DNA of 64,000 nucleotides from the human T2T-CHM13v2.0 reference genome, Homo sapiens, in assembly GCF_009914755.1 (NCBI RefSeq), contig NC_060928.1. One strand, 5' to 3'. The position numbers and the translations under genes were made by a program. Below, piece after piece: positions 57,450 to 64,000 of the stretch (positions are counted from its first letter, which is position 1; each line of letters starts with the position of its first letter). A model generated the notes under the pieces. It ran no database searches. It was given only the letters and a program-made list of their open reading frames with translations, and had not been told where the DNA came from.

Positions 57450-57543
57450 TGCCATGTGGGTGTTCACGTTGTGCACATGTACCCTCAAACTTAAAGTATA
57501 ATAATAATAAAATTAAAAAAACAAACAAACAACAACAACAAAA
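57450..57543 (+). mobile_element. Micro L1PA insertion with inverted 5' segment
   Basis: TSD aatgtaactg (57440-57449 and 57544-57553); L1 3' end cacgttgtgcacatgtaccctcaaacttaaag plus A-rich tail. Confidence 0.85.
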
Positions 57544-57870
57544 AATGTAACTGCCCCCTCATCAGCATGTCAAATTGTATTAATTCTCATCTTATGTAAA
57601 TTCTCTGATGAACATTCTTATTTCCTGCAAGATTATTTGAGATAAAGCTGAGAGTTAAAATATAAGTAATTTGAAATGGATTTCCATGATTATGAACAAG
57701 AAATCCTTGGGAACCCATTTCTTTGTCCATGGACCACCAAGGGGAGTGCAGAGAGAACTGCAGTTCCGTGCAATCAATTTCCTCTGTAATTATGCATTTT
57801 ACAGTAATAAATTTTAAAACATGATTTTTGAGGACTCAGACTTCCACAAACTGCCTGAAAGGTCTATGAG

Positions 57871-58481
57871 CCATTGTGGAAGTCAGTATGGCAATTCCTC
57901 AGGGATCTAGAACTAGAAATACCATTTGACCCAGCCATCCCATTACTGGGTATATACCCAAAGGACTATAAATCATGCTGCTATAAAGACACATGCACAC
58001 GTATGTTTATTGCGGCGCTATTCACAATAGCAAAGACTTGGAACCAACCCAAATGTCCAACAATGATAGACTGGATTAAGAAAATGTGGCACATATACAC
58101 CATGGAATACTATGCAGCCATAAAAACTGATGAGTTCATGTCCTTTGTAGGGACATGGATGAAATTGGAAATCATCATTCTCAGTAAACTATCGCAACAA
58201 CAAAAAACCAAACACCGCATATTCTCACTCATAGGTGGGAATTGAACAATGAGAACACATGGACACAGGAAGGGGAACATCACACTCTGGGGACTGTTGT
58301 GGGGTGGGGGGAGGGGGGAGGGGATAGCATTGGCAGATATACCTAATGCTAGATGACGAGTTAGTGGGTGCAGCGCACCAGCATGGCACATGTATACATA
58401 TGTAACTAACCTGCACATTGTGCACATGTACCCTAAAACTTAAAGTATAATAATAAAAAAAAGAATAAAATAAAAAAAAAA
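57871..58481 (+). mobile_element. 5'-truncated young L1 (L1PA2-like)
   Basis: Open ORF2 C-terminus WKSVWQFLRDLELEIPFDP...SLIGGN*; 3'UTR gacgagttagtggg (non-Ta GAG) and cctaaaacttaaag; retained CpGs. Confidence 0.92.
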
Positions 58482-59247
58482 GAACTAGAAGGGGGGAAAA
58501 AAAGAAAGTTTAAGAGTAATGTGGAAAGTAAATATAAGCATTTGTGCAACAGTGGTGGAAGGAATATGGAAATTAGATAATAGAAACAAGATCACTAATA
58601 AAGTTTATCACTATAAAGTTTAGGTCAGTTTTATCTTCCTCTAGCACATGAAATTGGGGCTGGAGCTGGCATCACAACATCACTGAAGTCTCTGCATGGT
58701 TGGGAACCTTCACACCTCCTCATGAGGAAGGGAATAAGCACAGCAGTGTGTGATTCTGTGGACAATCATCTTGGAGCTGTTGGATTTAGCAGTGGCTAAA
58801 ATGGCCATATGTTTTGAAAAGGAAGCAAGTCCTAGAGTTTGTTAGGTTGAAACTGGCAAGCAATCACAACTTTTTTGTCTGACTACATTTTACTTTCATT
58901 GCTTAGTAAAAATATACCCCAAACATCGGTAATGTCTAAGTACTTTCATTAAATGGTTTTATTTAAAAAGTGAGCAAGACATTTCCTCATATCACCATAT
59001 CCTGTGATATGTTTTTAAGTTTGCAAATTGGAAAGCAGGCCCAGAGACTGGTATGTCTTGGGTGGCCTTTCATGGCCCAAACTAGTTGTAATCGCCTATT
59101 TCCAATTTTCTCCTCTCTTTCTTTATCCATTGCAGGATTAATGAAGACTCAGGTATATGGTCATATTTTCAGAACCATGTTAACCATAGTCAAAGGAACT
59201 TGTAAATGTATACAGACTGTTTTTTTAAAGTTATGTCACACATTTGC

Positions 59248-59637
59248 TTTTTATTATTTATTTACTTTTTGTAATTTCAGCCTGTATTTTAGATTCAGGG
59301 GGTACATGTGCAGGTTTGTTACTTGGGTATATTGCATGAGGCTGAGGCTTGGTGTACGATTGATCCTGTCACCCAGGTAGTAAGCAGAGTATGCAACAGT
59401 TAGTTTCTCAACACCTGCCCTCCCTCTCCTTCCCACCTCTAGTAGTCCCCAGTGTCTATTGTTCTTACTTTTATGTCTATAAGTACTCAATGTTTAGCTC
59501 TTACTTATGAGCGAGAACATGTGATATTTGGTTTTCTGTTCCTGTATTAATTTGCTTAGGATAATGGCTTCCAGCTGCATCTATGTTGCTGCAAAGGATA
59601 TGATTCATTCTTTTATATGACTGCATAGTATTCCATA
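59248..59637 (-). mobile_element. L1PA15/16-like 3' fragment
   Basis: gattcagggggtacatgtgcaggtttgttacttgggtatattgcatgaggctgaggcttgg. Confidence 0.88.
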
Positions 59638-59737
59638 TACCAGACTATTTTAAAATAAAGGCAGTTTTTCTCTTAAGGAGAGAACTGCAAATAATGAAAA
59701 TGTGTTCAAAAGTTATTTAAAATCAAAACAAGCTAAG

Positions 59738-60097
59738 GGTCTTTGTCCATTTTGTGCTGCTATAACTGAATATCCAAGACTGAGATATTTATAAAGAGGA
59801 GAGACTTATTTCTTAGAGCTGGGAAGTCCAAAGTTGAGGGCGTGGCATCTGGTGAGGGCTTTCTTGCTGCATCATCCCATGGTGGAAGGTGGAAGGGCAA
59901 CAGAGCACGCACAACAGAGAGGGCTGAACTCATCCTTTTATCAGGAAACTACTCCTTCAATAACAGCATGAATCCAGGCATAAGGGCTCTACCCTCATGA
60001 GTTAATTACCTCTAAAGCGTCCAACTTCCCAACACTGTTGCACTGGGGATTAAGTCTCCAACACATAAACTTTGGTGAACACACTTAAACCATAGCA
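59738..60097 (-). mobile_element. MSTC/D or MLT1A-like solo LTR
   Basis: gtctttgtccattttgtgctgctataac ... aaaccatagca; 5-bp TSD ctaag. Confidence 0.82.
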
Positions 60098-60359
60098 CTA
60101 AGTTAGTTATACTGAATGAGAACGTGCTCGAAGTGTTACTATTTGCAGTTCAAATTCTATTAAAAACTGTTGAGGCATAACTTTTAGCAGGCTCAAAATG
60201 CCTTTCTTTTTATGTTTCAGGTTAAGAATGGAGAAGGAAACAGGCTTAATGTGGCCAAAAACCTTGCATATTCTAATGTGGCCACTCAAACATTTTTTCT
60301 GTCTCTCTCTGGAGTTTAAAGGCAGGGTAAAAATATCTCTGATTTGGAAATCAGAATTG

Positions 60360-60900
60360 ATTTCCATTTTTACAGATGTGCAGCTGAAAACCTTGGAACA
60401 TTCCTTGGACCTTCTTTTTCTCTTGCACCTCACATATGGTTTGTCAGCAAATGTTGTCACCTTTACCTTCAGAATATATTCATACTCCATCACTTCTCAC
60501 TACCTTCTCTGTGAGCATCCATGTCATGGCCACCATCTCTCTCCTGGGTGACTCTACTGGTCTTCAAACTGGTCTTCCTGTTTCCCTCCTTGCTCCTGTT
60601 AGATTCTTTTTTCAACACCTTAGACAGAGGTCTGTTAAAATGTTAAGTCAGATCATGTTACCCCTCCACTCGAAACCCTGTGATCATTTTCCATCTTACT
60701 CAGGGTTCCAGTCATGGCCCTTCCAGTGGCCAACCAGGCCTTACATTCTGTTCATGTTAGCTCTCTTGTCTCATTTCCTCATTTTCCCTGCTCACTCTAC
60801 TTCAGCCACACTGACCCATTGCTTTCCCTTATCTTCAAACCCTGGAATAGTGGCTGTCACATAGTAGGTACTCAATAAATTTTGGATAGATGAATGGAAA
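60360..60900 (+). mobile_element. L2a 3' portion
   Basis: ccttggaacattccttggacc ... cacatagtaggtactcaataaattttggatagatgaatg. Confidence 0.75.
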
Positions 60901-60976
60901 ACCAAGTATCTTCTGTGCTTATACTGTGATCAGAAATTCAAAGAAAAATGGACTAAGTCCCCCATTTTGTGTTTAG

Positions 60977-61335
<359 letters not shown>

Positions 61336-63299
61336 CTTTTTAGTTTTCAAAAGCCCTAAATCCTGATTTCCTCTGAAGTTTTTGTTTGCATTCTGCATTC
61401 TGCCTTCCGTGTGTGCTGTCCTTTTTCTGCATTATGTTGCTCTGTTGTGCATGCTTGAATCCTTCACTCCCCACAGCTCTGTGTATAGCAGGCTTGGTTA
61501 AGATTTGGAATAATTAATGTTTAGGTCCTTGCTTTCTTAAAAGCCATTACTTTCTGCACTGAGAACTTTTGATGGATTCATCTACTCAAACTCCAGCCTC
61601 CTTCTATTTCCTTGGTTTTGCTTTTTCTCTTTCCCAAAGTACTGCATTCCTTCTTAGGACATCTGATTATCAGAGCATTCTTTCATTTCTGAGCCAGACT
61701 ATCTCATATGGTTTCTACGCATTAGCAGATAAAATTCATTTTCCTAATTCTGTAACGCTCATTTAGAACAAATAACATCCCTTTTTCAGTGCTTCTCAGT
61801 CTTCTGGGGCTCTACGAAAGTATTATAAGCCTGGATAATTTGACTAAACATAGTTTTCTTAAAACGAAAACCATTCCTCCATCTGGAAAGTTCTATTTAT
61901 TTTGGAAAAAAATATGCTTTATAGTGATTAGGCCTCAGATATAAGCTCATTAGCCACATTATAGCCTGCATTTATTAATACATATTGGCTTTTTCAAAAA
62001 ACTTTCTTAATGGATCTCTTGATATAGTAAAAACTGTGAATGGTTTTAATTGTCTAATGTATATTTTATGACAGATAAAAATATTATTATATCTGAATTC
62101 ATGCTCTATTGCTAAAACTTAAGAATGTTATAAATAAACTACTTGAAATGTCCCATTTTTTGGGGAAAAAAACTTTTTATGAAGCTTAATGTGCAGTTAA
62201 TTCAGAGCCTACACAAGAATGGCCTCCTCTTAAAAGACTAACTATTCATTATGTGGCATTTTGTAGAGAAATTTAACTAAAGCAATGTAGGCAGCTTCAC
62301 TCCAGTTCTTGGCAATAAGCAACACTGATGATTAATGACCTACACTGGTAATTGGCTCTTGGTTACAGATGCCATGGACATTTAAGAAATGAGACTATAA
62401 TGAATGGAAATATCTCAGTAGTTCAACTAGTGCTTACTCACTGAGGGATTAAGGTGACCTGACATGCTAGTGCAAGCCTGGTTATGTAAAACTGCATATG
62501 CTGTTTTTAGGTTTTCTTTGCATGGCAGTAATTTTTTTTTTCACTTAAAAAGATCTTAGAGTTAGGAAAGCCTGCCAAACAGAGAACATTATGAAACAAA
62601 TGCTACCAAAAACATTTGAAACCAACCTGCTAGTCAACCTAAGAGAAGTAGTTTCTTATTTTCTAAGCAAGTGACATTTCCTAATGATCACCTGCTATGA
62701 ATGGGTTGTATTGTTACATTCTGTCAGACTTTAGCTTTATAAAGGTCTGTGCCTACAGGCGAACCCATGGGAACTGGGTCCTGGATTCTGCAAAGAAGAA
62801 CCAAATCAAGAATCACTGTCCATGACCATTTTAAAGACCTGGTATAGGAAGTAAGCCTTTCTTCTTGTTTAAATTTGCCAGCTTTGCACTTGGATTTGCC
62901 CTTTCAGATTTTGATGTGTCTGCACACTGAGATTTGTCAGTTAGTAATAAACTTTGCCAATAACTGACCATACCATATCTACCCACATTTTTTTTTTTTT
63001 TTTGAAAACTGGTTTTCTACAAGTCTTAACTTTTTTGGCTTCCAATTGGAGATTTTAGACTTGGGCAGTTTGGGGAGTGGCTGTAACTAAGAAAGCAATT
63101 CTCGCATGAGAGCCAGTGAAAGGCTTGGAAATATGAACATCTAGGTTGTTTCTGGAAGAACAGGCTGTATTTCAGCATGGCATGGGGTCTGTGGATGCAT
63201 ACGGTGCAGTAGACTCTAATGTTAAGCTCCACCTGATCGTAAGGGGCTCAAATGCCACTCATAACAGCTTGGCAATATCTTGTAGACTTGAAGTTTTCA

Positions 63300-63895
63300 A
63301 ACAGGATAATGAGACATGACCATCTTTTCGTATGTTTTTGGAAGATAGCTGTCTTAGGGTGAAGGACTTAGGGAGCAAGAGGAAAACTGGAACAAGAACT
63401 GAACATTTTTGTTAGCTCATCACCAAGATAATGAGGACTTAAATTAGGGAAGGGGCTGTAAGAGGGATAAGAAGAGCAAGTTCTGTAGTAGGTAAGGCAA
63501 GACTTGGCATGTCACAGAGGTAAGAGAGAAAACAGGAAGAGCTGAAGCTAACTCAGAGTTTTCTAGCCTGTGGGGGCAGAAATGATGGCTTTGTTATGCG
63601 AGGTATGCAGCACATGAGGAAATAGGTTTTGCTGAGAAAATGTTGAGGTTTGAATATGTGGAGGTTGAAGGACTGATGAGACATTTTTCTGTTAATTAAG
63701 GTCCAGCTAGTCGGCAGAATTTAGGATTGAGGTCAGGGATGAAAGACATAGAATTGTCAGTCATCTACTTGTAGGAAATGTTTTCTCAGTGTGAGCACAG
63801 TCAGTCCTTGGAGGGCAGGTCTAGGTTTTGTTCACTCCTGTGTTTCCAACCTTTAGTGGCTGGCACAGACATTACACTGAATACTGAATGAAATA
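63300..63895. mobile_element. L2 fragments (antisense 63300-63780; sense 3' end 63790-63895)
   Basis: tttctagcctgtggg...tgttgaggtttgaatatgtggaggttgaag; ccttggagggcagg...ttgttcactcctgtgtttcca...ctggcaca...gaatgaa. Confidence 0.55.
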
Positions 63896-64000
63896 ATGTG
63901 TCATATACTCCCCACCCCATTTCTTCTTTCCATTTTTCTACCAATTACTCCAAAGAAAAGAAATGTTAACCTTAAATAGTTGTATTATTATGATTTTCTT

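Overview
Primate (hominoid-like) genomic DNA, AT-rich and dominated by interspersed repeats. I recognise no host protein-coding exon or RNA gene. The main element is a minus-strand HERV-W (HERV17/LTR17) processed pseudogene at 9936-16863, made by LINE-1 machinery. It has an R-U5-leader-gag-pro-pol-env-U3-R-poly(A) structure and a perfect 20-bp target-site duplication (TSD). It carries four microhomology-joined internal deletions and an Arg-type primer-binding site (PBS), and appears to have reused the nick site of an older L1. The window also holds a full-length dead L1PA5/6-like element (26869-33056), a two-LTR THE1 MaLR inside a MIR, and three long internally deleted L1M elements with nested insertions. 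Smaller repeats include solo LTR10-like and LTR6 LTRs, 11 Alus plus an Alu monomer, MER2, MER58, MLT/MST LTRs, L2 and MIR relics, and several short L1PA insertions, including a ~90-bp twin-primed one and two candidate micro 3' transductions. I found no convincing novel biological system; the notable signals are retrotransposition and repair footprints. Subfamily names come from recalled consensus sequences and need RepeatMasker/Dfam confirmation.
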